Notes under the pieces: model-generated
What the model saw: only the letters and a program-made list of their open reading frames with translations
Told to the model about the DNA's origin: nothing
Databases searched by the model: none
Translations under genes and position numbers: made by a program
In this document: piece by piece, positions 1 through 9,798 of the stretch
How positions within the stretch are numbered: the stretch's first letter is position 1
Layout: each line of letters begins with the position of its first letter
Assembly: GCA_964419445.1 (NCBI GenBank)
Contig: CAYQPE010000002.1
Coordinates: forward strand, 3,993-27,992
Direction: 5' to 3'
Source: an uncultured bacterium
GTDB taxonomy: Bacteria; Fidelibacterota; Marinisomatia; SCGC-AAA003-L08; D37C17
DNA length: 24,000 bases

Positions 1-1135
1 GCAATTTATAATTGATTTGCGACAATGGCTGCACATGCATCCTGAAGTGGGATTTAATGAGCATGAAACTGCTGCCCATTTACAATCTGTTTTGAAAAAT
101 GTAGGCTATGAAATTACTCAAACAGAAGCCATGAAAACAGGTTTTATCTGTGAATATGATTCTGGAATAGCTGGACCGGTTTTAGGTGTTCGTTGTGATA
201 TGGATGGGCTATTGGTTCAGGAAACATCTAATATCCCCTATAAATCCAAACATGATGGGGTAATGCATGCCTGTGGTCATGATGCCCATATGGCTATTGT
301 AACTTCACTGGCATTATATTTTATGGAATCAAAACCTCAAATTGATGGGAAAATTAGATTCATATTTCAGCCGGCGGAAGAGCAAGCACCGGGGGGTGCC
401 ATTGCCATGATTGAAGGCGGTGCTATTGATGGTGTAGATCATATCATTGGCGGACATGTTTTGCCAAAATTGACTGCAGATAAAATTGGCCTAAAACATG
501 GACCAATGGCTGCAACTGTTGAAATGATTGAAATTGAGTTAAGTGGTCCCGGTGGTCATACTTCTCGTCCTGCTGAATCGGTAGATTTGATATGGGCAAT
601 GTCCCATCTTATCATATCATTGGAAGAATCTATTCGACATCATGTTGATCAGCAAGATCCCGTAGTTCTTGCATTTGGGAAAGTGAATGGGGGACATACT
701 TTTAATGTGCTTCCAGATAAAATTGTACTCAATGGTACATTGCGTTATTTAAATGCAGATTTAAAGGATCATCTGCATAATATATTTGATGAAACGGTAA
801 AAGGTGTAGAAAAGATGACTGATGCAACCATTTCATGGGAAATACCATATACATCGCCAGGTGTTTTTAACGATAAATCTGTTACTGATATTTTAATTCA
901 AGCTGCAGAAAAATCCATTGGATTTGATAGAATTGAATTTATGAAAGATTCCAGTATGGGTGGGGAAGACTTTGCATATTATCTAAAACATATTCCGGGC
1001 TCCTATTATCGGATAGGCTGTTTTGATGGTTGCTCAACGGATGTCCATACCCCCAATTTTGATGTTGATGATAAATGTATTTTTACTGCCCTTCGAGTAT
1101 TAGACGAAACCGTTCGTATATATTTTAATCAATAG
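1..1135 (+). CDS. M20D-family amidohydrolase (N-acyl-L-amino-acid amidohydrolase / hippurate-hydrolase-like), 5' end probably cut by the window edge
   Basis: The frame is open from position 2 (QFIIDL precedes the TTG at 17), so the real start probably lies upstream of the window. The N-terminal LHMHPEVGFNEHETA, the metal-binding HACGHDAH and the C-terminal MGGEDF are typical of M20 amidohydrolases. Confidence 0.88.
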   Translation, partial: QFIIDLRQWLHMHPEVGFNEHETAAHLQSVLKNVGYEITQTEAMKTGFICEYDSGIAGPVLGVRCDMDGLLVQETSNIPYKSKHDGVMHACGHDAHMAIVTSLALYFMESKPQIDGKIRFIFQPAEEQAPGGAIAMIEGGAIDGVDHIIGGHVLPKLTADKIGLKHGPMAATVEMIEIELSGPGGHTSRPAESVDLIWAMSHLIISLEESIRHHVDQQDPVVLAFGKVNGGHTFNVLPDKIVLNGTLRYLNADLKDHLHNIFDETVKGVEKMTDATISWEIPYTSPGVFNDKSVTDILIQAAEKSIGFDRIEFMKDSSMGGEDFAYYLKHIPGSYYRIGCFDGCSTDVHTPNFDVDDKCIFTALRVLDETVRIYFNQ

Positions 1136-1174
1136 ATACTATTCAATAACTATAAAATCTTCTAAATTTCCCCT

Positions 1175-2977
1175 GTGAAAAATCAAAATATTCGAAACTT
1201 TTGCATCATTGCGCATATTGACCACGGTAAATCAACATTGGCGGATAGACTATTAGAGTCAACGGGTACCCTTACTGCAAACCAAATGCAAAGCCAAGTC
1301 CTTGATGATATGGATTTGGAACGAGAACGTGGGATTACCATTAAATCACATCCAATACAAATGGAATATAAGCATTCTAATGGTGAGACCTACATTTTTA
1401 ATCTTATTGATACGCCTGGACACGTTGATTTTACTTATGAAGTATCACGTTCGTTAGCTGCTTGTGAAGGTGCTCTATTATTAGTGGATGCAGCGCAAGG
1501 AGTAGAAGCGCAAACCGTTTCAAATGCATATTTAGCCATTGATGCAGATTTAGAAATTATTCCCGTTATAAATAAAATTGATATGCCAAATGCTGATCCT
1601 GAATCTGCTACTGAACAGCTCATAGAATTGCTTGGATGTAATGAAGAGCAGATTGTACAAATAAGTGCAAAACAGGGAATTGGTATTGATGGAATTTTTG
1701 ATGCCATAGTAAATTTCGTTCCAGCTCCACGAGAGTCTGAAATGGATGAATCAAGAGCGTTAATTTTTGATTCAAATTTTGATCAGTTTAGAGGTGTTGT
1801 TCCATATGTGCGCGTATTTGATGGTTATCTTGAAAAAGGGATGACGGCTCAATATTTTGCCAAGCCTGGAAATCACGAAATAGTAGAAGTGGGAATTTTA
1901 AAATTGAATAAAGTCCCAGTAAAACGTCTAGAAGCAGGGCAAGTAGGATATGTAGTTACCAATCTAAAGGATGTTTCAGAAATTAGTGTGGGTGACACTA
2001 TGACTTCTAAGGAGAAAAAGGCAACCGAACCTTTACCTGGGTACCAACCCATAAAGCCCATGGTATTTAGCGGCCTTTATCCTATTGACTCAAAAGATTA
2101 TGAAGATTTACGAGTAAGTCTAGAGAAATTAAAACTTAATGATGCTGCATTAACATTTGAGCCCAACACGTCCACAGCCCTTGGTTTTGGATTCCGTTGT
2201 GGATTTTTAGGTCCTTTACACATGGAAATTGTTCAAGAGCGACTTGAACGTGAATTCAACATGAATTTGATTACCACCTCACCAAATGTTAGCTATAAAG
2301 TAGATATGAAGAATGGTAGCCAAATTATGGTTGAGAATCCATCGGATATGCCTGTATCTGGAGATATGGACACCATTTGGGAACCCTATATCCGTGCAGA
2401 AATTATTACTCCATCGGAATATATTGGTGCCATAATGAATCTATGTATTTCGCGGCGAGGTACCTATGAATCAACAAATTATTTAACACAAAGTAAGGTT
2501 CAGCTTCATTTTTTAATGCCGTTAGGTGAAGTAATCTATGAGTTTTTTGAAAAGTTAAAATCATCAACTCGGGGCTATGCCAGCCTTGATTATGAAATTA
2601 TAGAAAATCGCCCAGGCGACTTACAACGACTTGATATTAAAATTGCAGGTGAAGTGGTTGATGCGTTGAGTATAATTGTACACAAAGATAATGCATACAA
2701 GCAAGGGTCGCAATTATGTAAACGGTTGAAAAAAGAAATTCATCGTCAACAATTTGAGATTCCAATACAATCTGCAGTAGGCGCAAAAATAGTCTCTCGT
2801 GAAACGGTTAAAGCATTACGTAAGAATGTTACTGCAAAATGCTATGGTGGTGATATTTCACGTAAACGAAAATTGCTTGAAAAACAAAAAGCAGGTAAAA
2901 AACGAATGAAGCAAATCGGTTCAGTTGAATTACCGCAAGAAGCCTTTTTGGCAGTTCTGAAAATCGACGATGAATAA
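1175..2977 (+). CDS. lepA: Elongation factor 4 (LepA), translational GTPase
   Basis: 600 aa with a GTG start. GTPase motifs are AHIDHGKST (G1), DTPGH (G3) and NKID (G4). The LepA-type C-terminal region contains CYGGDISRKRKLLEKQKAGKKRMK. Confidence 0.97.
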   Translation: MKNQNIRNFCIIAHIDHGKSTLADRLLESTGTLTANQMQSQVLDDMDLERERGITIKSHPIQMEYKHSNGETYIFNLIDTPGHVDFTYEVSRSLAACEGALLLVDAAQGVEAQTVSNAYLAIDADLEIIPVINKIDMPNADPESATEQLIELLGCNEEQIVQISAKQGIGIDGIFDAIVNFVPAPRESEMDESRALIFDSNFDQFRGVVPYVRVFDGYLEKGMTAQYFAKPGNHEIVEVGILKLNKVPVKRLEAGQVGYVVTNLKDVSEISVGDTMTSKEKKATEPLPGYQPIKPMVFSGLYPIDSKDYEDLRVSLEKLKLNDAALTFEPNTSTALGFGFRCGFLGPLHMEIVQERLEREFNMNLITTSPNVSYKVDMKNGSQIMVENPSDMPVSGDMDTIWEPYIRAEIITPSEYIGAIMNLCISRRGTYESTNYLTQSKVQLHFLMPLGEVIYEFFEKLKSSTRGYASLDYEIIENRPGDLQRLDIKIAGEVVDALSIIVHKDNAYKQGSQLCKRLKKEIHRQQFEIPIQSAVGAKIVSRETVKALRKNVTAKCYGGDISRKRKLLEKQKAGKKRMKQIGSVELPQEAFLAVLKIDDE

Positions 2978-3698
2978 TAACAACGAAGGATATTTTTATG
3001 CCTCTAAAAATATTCTTTATAGTTTATTACTCATTTTCCCAATGTTATTCCTTTATGAAATTTTAGGCTTTATCCAAAATTATGGCTCACATTATTATAT
3101 TCGTAATGGTGCAGATGCCATCATCAGGCATCTATTCTCTCTTTTTGGCGAAAATGCACATTTATATTATGGTTTATCACTCTTTATTTTATTTGTAGTC
3201 GTTTTTATTAAAAACTTCAGATTTATTAAAAATAATACAATAAAAATTCATTTTTTAGCAATGATGATTTTTGAAAGTTTAATATGGAGCTTAGCCTTGC
3301 TAATTTGTATTAAATGTTTTGCGTCCATTTTGTTATCATCACCCTATTCAGATAATTTATTAGAACAGTTCTATTTATCAATAGGTGCAGGTGTATGGGA
3401 GGAGCTCCTTTTTCGTTTTGGACTACTTTCCCTTTTGATTTTATTTTTTAAGAAAATATTAAACTATTCGATATTTTTTTCACAATTTATGTCAATTTTT
3501 ATCTCTGGTGTAATTTTTTCGCTTTTTCACTACATTGGTATTTTTGGCGATGTTTTCACTTGGTATAGCTTTTCATTACGTAGTATTGCAGGATTTTTTT
3601 TAGGCTCAATTTTTCTATTTAGAGGATTGGGAATTTCTGTATATACTCATATTTTTTATGATATGATTTTAGTAAGTATTCCTACATTTAGTTTATAA
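2970..3698 (+). CDS. CPBP-family intramembrane glutamic endopeptidase (CAAX protease / Abi-like)
   Basis: 242 aa, strongly hydrophobic and polytopic. All three CPBP motifs are present: EELLFR (EExxxR), FSLFH (FxxxH) and HIFYD (HxxxD/N). The ATG overlaps the lepA stop by 8 nt. Confidence 0.8.
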   Translation: MNNNNEGYFYASKNILYSLLLIFPMLFLYEILGFIQNYGSHYYIRNGADAIIRHLFSLFGENAHLYYGLSLFILFVVVFIKNFRFIKNNTIKIHFLAMMIFESLIWSLALLICIKCFASILLSSPYSDNLLEQFYLSIGAGVWEELLFRFGLLSLLILFFKKILNYSIFFSQFMSIFISGVIFSLFHYIGIFGDVFTWYSFSLRSIAGFFLGSIFLFRGLGISVYTHIFYDMILVSIPTFSL

Positions 3699-3709
3699 TT
3701 TGGAGAATT

Positions 3710-4588
3710 ATGTATCCTGAAATTTTGAGAATTGGAGATTTTGTTATCTCATCCTATGGATTTATGATGGTTATTGCTTTTTTATTTGGCAATTATTTAC
3801 TCCGGAAGGATATGGAGAAGTTAGGCAAAGATCCATTGTTAGCAGATGATTTAACATTTCAAGCAGCACTTGGTGGAATTTTAGGTGCAAAATTTTACTA
3901 TATTATTGAAAATATTCCCTCAGGAAGGGCCGCAGAGAATATTACTGGCTTGGGTGATATTTTTGCAGGAATTTTCACTTTAAATGGAAGCCTTATTGCT
4001 AGTGGTATTCAGAATTTTGGCTCAGGTATGGTTTTCTTAGGTGGTTTTATTGGAGGTATGATAGCCGTTGGTTGGTTTGCAAAACGTAACAATATTACAT
4101 TTTGGGATGTTGCTGATTGGACATCACCTTATGTTGTGTTGGGACACGGAATTGGTCGAATTGGCTGTATACTGGTTGGTGATGATTATGGACGTCCAAC
4201 TGATTTACCTTGGGCAGTGGCTTTTCCCAATGGGCTACCTATTTCAAATGCTGGAAATTTAAGAGCTATGGGGGTGGATATAGATCCATCAATTCCATAC
4301 AATCAAGTATTGGCTTGCCATCCAACTCAAGTGTATGAAATGGCAGCATATTTCATAATTTTCTTATATTTACGCCATTATGTAAAAACAAAACAGCTAT
4401 TTCCTGGACAAGTATTTTTTGAGTACTTATTTTTGGCAGGATTTGCACGCTTTGTAATTGAGTTTATTCGACTTAATCCCGCGTATTTATTTGGTCTTTC
4501 AGGGGCACAATTAATCTCTGCCTTAATGATGGTAATTGGGACGTACTTCTTTTATACAAAAAGAAAAAAAATAGGTCTTGATAAATAG
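3710..4588 (+). CDS. lgt: Prolipoprotein (phosphatidylglycerol) diacylglyceryl transferase
   Basis: 292-aa polytopic membrane protein. Lgt-type motifs are GRIGCILVGDDYGRPTDLPWAV and HPTQVYE. GGAGA at 3702-3706 lies just upstream of the ATG. Confidence 0.92.
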   Translation: MYPEILRIGDFVISSYGFMMVIAFLFGNYLLRKDMEKLGKDPLLADDLTFQAALGGILGAKFYYIIENIPSGRAAENITGLGDIFAGIFTLNGSLIASGIQNFGSGMVFLGGFIGGMIAVGWFAKRNNITFWDVADWTSPYVVLGHGIGRIGCILVGDDYGRPTDLPWAVAFPNGLPISNAGNLRAMGVDIDPSIPYNQVLACHPTQVYEMAAYFIIFLYLRHYVKTKQLFPGQVFFEYLFLAGFARFVIEFIRLNPAYLFGLSGAQLISALMMVIGTYFFYTKRKKIGLDK

Positions 4589-6637
4589 TTGAATCCTCAA
4601 GCAATAATTGATTTTTTATCAAAAAATAAAAATCATGCTTATAAAAAGAGAGAAATTTCAAAAGCATTAAAAATTCCTCCTAAGGAATATCCCACATTTA
4701 AAAAACATTTAAAAACATTTGTCCAAAATGGTTCACTCATCAAAATAAAGGGTGGGCGCTTTAAAATTCCTGATGAGAATAGTATTTTTGTAGGTGAAGT
4801 ATTTTTCAATTCTAAAAAAAATGGGATTGTAAAACATCCTAAAATCGGACCTGTAAATGTAGGGAAAGGCTTTTTAAAAGGGGCTATTTCTGGTGATACG
4901 GTTAAAGTTTGTATTGACAAATCATATAATAATTTTAAGAGTGGTAAAATATTAGAAATAATTAATCCTTCGAGTCAAACCTTTAGAGGAGTTACTGAAA
5001 AGAAGGGAAATAATATATTATTTGTATCGCAACAAATTATTGCTTCAAGGGATATTCACATCATCATTCCCAGCAGTATAACTTTATCTCCACAGGATAT
5101 TATTGAAATTGAAATTACAAATAGAGGTGTTCCTCGTTCAGCAATACAGGGTCAATACCTTCAAAAAATAGGCTCTATCTTAGATGCTCAATATGATGTT
5201 GAAAATGTATTAGATAAATATAATTTACATTCGAAATTTCCTGATGAATGTGAAGCTGAAGCATTGCAATTAGAGGATGAAGTTGATTTTGAAGATTTTG
5301 ATGGGCGAATTGACTATACCGGAATAGACACCATAACAATTGATCCACTCACTGCCAAAGACTTTGATGATGCATTGTCATTGGAAATCAATAATAATGA
5401 TGAAAAAGTTCTCTATGTCCATATAGCTGATGTATCTCATTTTGTATTACCCCATTCACATATAGATAAAGAAGCTCGTAAACGTGGGACCAGTATTTAT
5501 TTTGTAAATCAGTGTATTCCCATGTTACCAGAAATTTTAACGACAAATTTATGTTCCCTCAAGGCTGGAGTTAATCGGTTTACCATAACGGTAGAAATTA
5601 CATTAAATGGTAAAAATGAAGTTCAAAAAACCGTAGTTAATAATGGTGTAATCAATAGTAACGCCAGATTCACTTATGTAGAGGCACAAAAAATATTAGA
5701 TGAAAAAGAAGGTGAAAACTATAATCTTCTTTCATCATTACAACAAATTTCTAATTCATTACGAAAAAAGAGATTTTCTAATGGAAGTTTAAATTTAGAT
5801 ATTCCGGAGGTGGAATTAGAATTAGATAAATTGGGCAATACTACTTCAATCAATGTAAAATCATCCATCTCAACCCATTCATTGATTGAAGAAATTATGT
5901 TGTTGGCAAATCAATGTATTGCAAATCATCTTTCAGAAAATAAAATAAAATTGATTCATAGGAATCATGAGAAAATATCTCATGAAGACCTCTTTCATAT
6001 TAATGGCCTATTGAGTCAATTATCCTCAACTGATGTTGATTCGTTACCCAAAATTCCTACATCCAAAGATGTACAAAAATTAATAAGTCAAATATCTAAC
6101 AATGAGATAAAACCATTAATAGAAAGTGTATTGCTTCGGGCACTTCCAAAAGCTAATTATTCTACAAAAAATAAAGGTCATTTTGGATTATCCTTTGAAA
6201 ATTATTGTCATTTTACATCTCCAATACGACGCTATCCAGACCTCATTATTCATAGATTACTGAAAGGGGATAAAGTTGAATCTCTTGAAAAAACGGCAAT
6301 AATGAATTCGAATTCTGAAGTCGTTTCGTTAAAAGCTGAACGTGAATTTACTAAAATTAAACAACTACGGTTTTTGATGAATAAAGAAAATGAAGTGCTA
6401 TCAGGCCGTGTAAATGGAATGAATCGCCATGGTATGTTTATTCAAATTGATGATATTTTGGTAGATGGTTATGTAAGGGCTGAATGGATGGAAGATGATT
6501 ACTATTATTTTGATGAAAATTTTTATTATTTTATTGGGCGACGGTACAAACAAAAATATAAATTTGGTCAGAAAGTGACAGTGAAAATTTTAAACATATC
6601 AATCCTTCAACAACGGTTAGATTTAAAATTGGTTTAA
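4589..6637 (+). CDS. rnr: Ribonuclease R (RNase II/RNB family 3'-5' exoribonuclease)
   Basis: 682 aa. RNB catalytic motifs are DPLTAKDFDDALS, HIADVSHFV, RGTSIYF and HFGL...YCHFTSPIRRYPDLIIHR. A C-terminal S1-like segment reads GRVNGMNRHGMFIQIDD. An HTH-like N-terminus is present. The TTG start directly abuts the lgt stop. Confidence 0.93.
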   Translation: MNPQAIIDFLSKNKNHAYKKREISKALKIPPKEYPTFKKHLKTFVQNGSLIKIKGGRFKIPDENSIFVGEVFFNSKKNGIVKHPKIGPVNVGKGFLKGAISGDTVKVCIDKSYNNFKSGKILEIINPSSQTFRGVTEKKGNNILFVSQQIIASRDIHIIIPSSITLSPQDIIEIEITNRGVPRSAIQGQYLQKIGSILDAQYDVENVLDKYNLHSKFPDECEAEALQLEDEVDFEDFDGRIDYTGIDTITIDPLTAKDFDDALSLEINNNDEKVLYVHIADVSHFVLPHSHIDKEARKRGTSIYFVNQCIPMLPEILTTNLCSLKAGVNRFTITVEITLNGKNEVQKTVVNNGVINSNARFTYVEAQKILDEKEGENYNLLSSLQQISNSLRKKRFSNGSLNLDIPEVELELDKLGNTTSINVKSSISTHSLIEEIMLLANQCIANHLSENKIKLIHRNHEKISHEDLFHINGLLSQLSSTDVDSLPKIPTSKDVQKLISQISNNEIKPLIESVLLRALPKANYSTKNKGHFGLSFENYCHFTSPIRRYPDLIIHRLLKGDKVESLEKTAIMNSNSEVVSLKAEREFTKIKQLRFLMNKENEVLSGRVNGMNRHGMFIQIDDILVDGYVRAEWMEDDYYYFDENFYYFIGRRYKQKYKFGQKVTVKILNISILQQRLDLKLV

Positions 6638-6639
6638 AA

Positions 6640-7503
6640 ATGGAAAGTGTAAGTTGTTTATTATGTAATTCAGATAAGAGTAAATCTTATATGCAAGTAA
6701 AGGATAGGTTGGGAGATTCATTTTTCCAACTGTCTAAATGTACATGTGGATTCGTATTTTTATCTCCACGCCCAGAATTAGATGTTATAGGTGACTTTTA
6801 TTCACATTCATCTTATGATCCTCATAAATCAAAACGAATCTCTGTATTTGATACGCTCTATTCTTTAGTTCAATTTTTGTCATTAAAATGGAAGTTTAAT
6901 ATTTTATCCAAATACACAAAAGGGAGTGATTCTCCAAAGTTGTTAGATATTGGAGGTGGACAGGGTGAGTTCTGTTCATATTTCTATGATAAAGGATGGG
7001 AAGTGCACTTACAAGATTCTCATTCTAGTGTAAATACAAAAAAGTTTCCAATTTATAATTCCCTTTCACAATTAGAAGGGCAAACCTTTGATATTATTAC
7101 TATGTGGCATTCATTAGAGCATATTCATAATATCGATACTTTATTTAAACAAATTAATAAATTACTCAAACCCAATGGTCATCTGGTAATTGCCGTGCCC
7201 AATAGGCATGCAATAGAGCGTCCATTTTTTGGTCATAAATGGGCCCCATGGGATGCCCCACGTCATCTATATCACTTTAATTTCTTAGATGTAGAATTAT
7301 TGCTTCGGCAAAAGGGATTTAAGATGAAATCATCTAAATCAATGCTTCAAGATACACCATATAATATTTTACTGAGTCTAGATGGTGGCTTGGTAAGAAA
7401 ATTGCTTAGAGGTGCATTTATACTATTGTATTCGTATATTGGGATTTTTCTAAATGGTATTCAATCTTCATCTTCATTTATGGTAGTATGCTCAAAAGAT
7501 TAA
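6640..7503 (+). CDS. Class I SAM-dependent methyltransferase with N-terminal four-Cys zinc-ribbon-like segment
   Basis: 287 aa. SAM motif I is LLDIGGGQGEF, followed by an acidic post-I residue (HLQD) and LKPNGHLVIAVPN. The N-terminus carries CLLC...CTCG. The substrate is not inferable from sequence. Confidence 0.8.
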   Translation: MESVSCLLCNSDKSKSYMQVKDRLGDSFFQLSKCTCGFVFLSPRPELDVIGDFYSHSSYDPHKSKRISVFDTLYSLVQFLSLKWKFNILSKYTKGSDSPKLLDIGGGQGEFCSYFYDKGWEVHLQDSHSSVNTKKFPIYNSLSQLEGQTFDIITMWHSLEHIHNIDTLFKQINKLLKPNGHLVIAVPNRHAIERPFFGHKWAPWDAPRHLYHFNFLDVELLLRQKGFKMKSSKSMLQDTPYNILLSLDGGLVRKLLRGAFILLYSYIGIFLNGIQSSSSFMVVCSKD

Positions 7504-8447
7504 TCTTATTATTATTGTTTTTGAAAGGTTGCTCTATGCGGCCTAATGCACAAGGAAAAGAGAATAGGCTTTTTATTTTTGCATCTCCAGAGGATAAACT
7601 CCAAATTAAACCATTTGTTGAGTCTATATTTGAAAAAGAAATAAATACACCACAGTTTGAAAAGGAAATTGAATATATATGGAAATTTCCATGGGAATTA
7701 GAGAAATATAAACTCCGTCCCAATTTAATGATTATTTCACTTACTCATCCTGAAGATAGTACTGGTGATTTCTTATACAAAAAAGTTGTTTCAAAAAATT
7801 CTACTGATGAAAAAATTTATATATTAGATAATTTATTTGCCATCAAACAGCAAGTTCTGTGTGTAAATGCAATTGATGCAGTAGATTTTCAATTAAATAT
7901 GTTTGAGAATAAAAAATGGATTTTAAATACATTTAACTCTAAAATCGATGACAATCTATGGCAGTATATAAAAGATAAAGGTGTTAACCATGAGATTCAA
8001 TCTATACTGAAAAGTCAGTACGGTATCAACACATTCATTCAAGAAGATTATAAGATTTTGAAATCGACTGATGATTTTATATGGATAGGACGTGGATACC
8101 CATATCGTTGGTTGTCATTCCATAGAAATATACTCTTACAAGATAAAACTTGGGATGAGCTTATCCCCATTATGGAAGCGTCACTTTCGGGTATAAAAAT
8201 TTCAATATTATATCAACAGAATGAGATTTTTACCATTAATGATGAAGAAGTATTGGTTTTTCGTGGTGTTTATATTCATGAAGAAAGTGATACAGGTGGA
8301 CCATTTGCAATCTATATAATTGATGGAAATAATGAAAAAGAGGTAAATTTGCTATCTGGATTTGTGAATAATCCAGGGCATGAAAAGCTACCGCTTTTAC
8401 GGCAGTTAGAGGTAATTATCAAACATACTAAATTTGAGGGAAAATGA
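7488..8447 (+). CDS. Putative lipoprotein of unknown function (possibly DUF4837-like)
   Basis: 319 aa. There is a signal peptide with a lipobox-like FLKGC (Cys16), and I recognise no catalytic motif. The N-terminal layout (RLFIFASPEDK...PQFEKE...RPNLMIISL) reminds me, from memory only, of the uncharacterised DUF4837 family. It overlaps the upstream gene by 16 nt and purE by 4 nt. Confidence 0.6.
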   Translation: MLKRLILLLLFLKGCSMRPNAQGKENRLFIFASPEDKLQIKPFVESIFEKEINTPQFEKEIEYIWKFPWELEKYKLRPNLMIISLTHPEDSTGDFLYKKVVSKNSTDEKIYILDNLFAIKQQVLCVNAIDAVDFQLNMFENKKWILNTFNSKIDDNLWQYIKDKGVNHEIQSILKSQYGINTFIQEDYKILKSTDDFIWIGRGYPYRWLSFHRNILLQDKTWDELIPIMEASLSGIKISILYQQNEIFTINDEEVLVFRGVYIHEESDTGGPFAIYIIDGNNEKEVNLLSGFVNNPGHEKLPLLRQLEVIIKHTKFEGK

Positions 8448-8905
8448 ATAAAAAAGTAGCAATTTTAATTGGAAGTGAAACGGATCGCCCCATAATGGAA
8501 GCAGCAGATAAATATTATGAATTTTTTGGGATAGAACATGAATTGCATGTTAAGTCAGCACATCGAAATCCTGCAGATGTAGAAACTTTTGCAAAAGCGG
8601 CCAGAGAAAATGGCTATATGGCACTCGTTGGTGCAGCTGGAATGGCTGCCCATTTGGCTGGTGCGCTTAAAGCTACATCAACATTACCAGTTATTGGTGT
8701 ACCATTACCAGGTGGAATATTAGATGGTACTGATGCGTTACTCTCTACAGTACAGATGCCAAAGGGTGTACCTGTAGCAACAATGGCAGTTGGTAAAGCT
8801 GGAGCTATTAATGCTGCAATTTTATGTGCAGAAATTATTTCACTTTATGATGATGAAATGGCTACTAAGTTAAATGAATTCAAAGCATTGGGTGCTAAAC
8901 TTTAG
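8444..8905 (+). CDS. purE: N5-carboxyaminoimidazole ribonucleotide mutase (class I PurE)
   Basis: 153 aa. The sequence VAILIGSETD...SAHRNP...VGAAGMAAHLAGALKATSTLPVIGVPL is diagnostic of PurE. Confidence 0.95.
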   Translation: MNKKVAILIGSETDRPIMEAADKYYEFFGIEHELHVKSAHRNPADVETFAKAARENGYMALVGAAGMAAHLAGALKATSTLPVIGVPLPGGILDGTDALLSTVQMPKGVPVATMAVGKAGAINAAILCAEIISLYDDEMATKLNEFKALGAKL

Positions 8906-9798
8906 TGCCTAAAAAAATTCTTATAACTGGTGCCGAAGGCCAATTAGGAAGGAGCTTACAATCAACATTGTCAAGCTCTTTCCACATTATTCCAACAGCT
9001 CTACACCCATCCGTGCATGCAAAATTGAAACGTAATGTCATTAAATTAGATATTACAAATGAAAAACAATGTAAAAGAGTAATGGATGAGGTTTCCCCTG
9101 ACATAATTATTAATTGTGCAGCAATTACCAATGTGGATTTGTGTGAGAACGACCATCAATTAGCACGAATGGTCAATGTTGTTGGCGTTGAGAATCTTGT
9201 AAGAAGTTCAGATAATAATACAAGAATTATTCACATATCTACTGATTATGTATTTAGTGGAAATGAAGGACCTTACAAAGAAAATGATCCCACACATCCC
9301 ATTTCATACTACGGTAAATCAAAGCTTGAAGGTGAAAATGTATTGCGTGGTTCATTGCATCCATGGTGTATTATTCGGGGAAGTGTTCTTTATGGGGACC
9401 CTGTGAATTCTAAGTCCAATTTTTTTTCATGGGTATATGATTCATTAAAATCATCAACTCCAATAAAAGTTGTAGATGATCAAATTAGTAATCCTGCATG
9501 GCTTGAATTACTCTCAGAATTTATTTTTAAATGTATAATGTTAAACTCAACAGGGGTATATCATTTTGGTAGTGAAGACTATTTAAGCAGATATGAATTT
9601 GCTCAACAAATCGCAAAAACTTTTGATTTAGACGCATCCTTAATATCACCTGTAAAAACATCTGATTTATCTTTTAATGCACCACGCCCAATACATAGTG
9701 GTTTATCAACTGAAAAAATTTCTAATGAATTTGATATCCAAATTCAGCCCACATCTTTTTGTTTACGTTCAATTCAACAAAAAGCATATATCCTATGA
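8905..9798 (+). CDS. rfbD: dTDP-4-dehydrorhamnose reductase-like SDR (RmlD/RfbD family)
   Basis: 297 aa with a GTG start that shares 1 nt with the purE stop. Motifs are the Rossmann ILITGAEGQLGRSL, STDYVFSG and the catalytic YGKSK (YxxxK), giving an RmlD substrate-binding-domain layout. Confidence 0.82.
   Translation: MPKKILITGAEGQLGRSLQSTLSSSFHIIPTALHPSVHAKLKRNVIKLDITNEKQCKRVMDEVSPDIIINCAAITNVDLCENDHQLARMVNVVGVENLVRSSDNNTRIIHISTDYVFSGNEGPYKENDPTHPISYYGKSKLEGENVLRGSLHPWCIIRGSVLYGDPVNSKSNFFSWVYDSLKSSTPIKVVDDQISNPAWLELLSEFIFKCIMLNSTGVYHFGSEDYLSRYEFAQQIAKTFDLDASLISPVKTSDLSFNAPRPIHSGLSTEKISNEFDIQIQPTSFCLRSIQQKAYIL

Noticed and set aside
1435-2061. Antisense ORFs inside lepA (1435-1707 and 1873-2061, minus strand).
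   Set aside because: They lie entirely within a highly conserved, confidently identified gene on the other strand. They have low-complexity Ser/Ala/Cys-rich translations, no RBS and no recognisable motif. They are typical shadow ORFs.
4068-4920. Short ORFs overlapping lgt and rnr (4068-4262 +, 4473-4667 -, 4639-4920 -).
   Set aside because: They are out-of-frame or antisense to well-supported genes. They have no start-site signals and their composition is consistent with frame shadows.
7478-9131. Antisense ORFs 7478-7723 and 8895-9131.
   Set aside because: They are embedded in the lipoprotein/methyltransferase and rfbD coding regions on the opposite strand. They carry no motifs and are spurious by context.
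9759-9794. The tracker's longer start (9759) for the Dpm1-like GT2 gene.
   Set aside because: It would overlap rfbD by 40 nt and add an unconserved MFTFNSTKSIYP extension. The ATG at 9795 gives the family-typical N-terminus MRAIVISPTYNE and a classic ATGA stop/start overlap.
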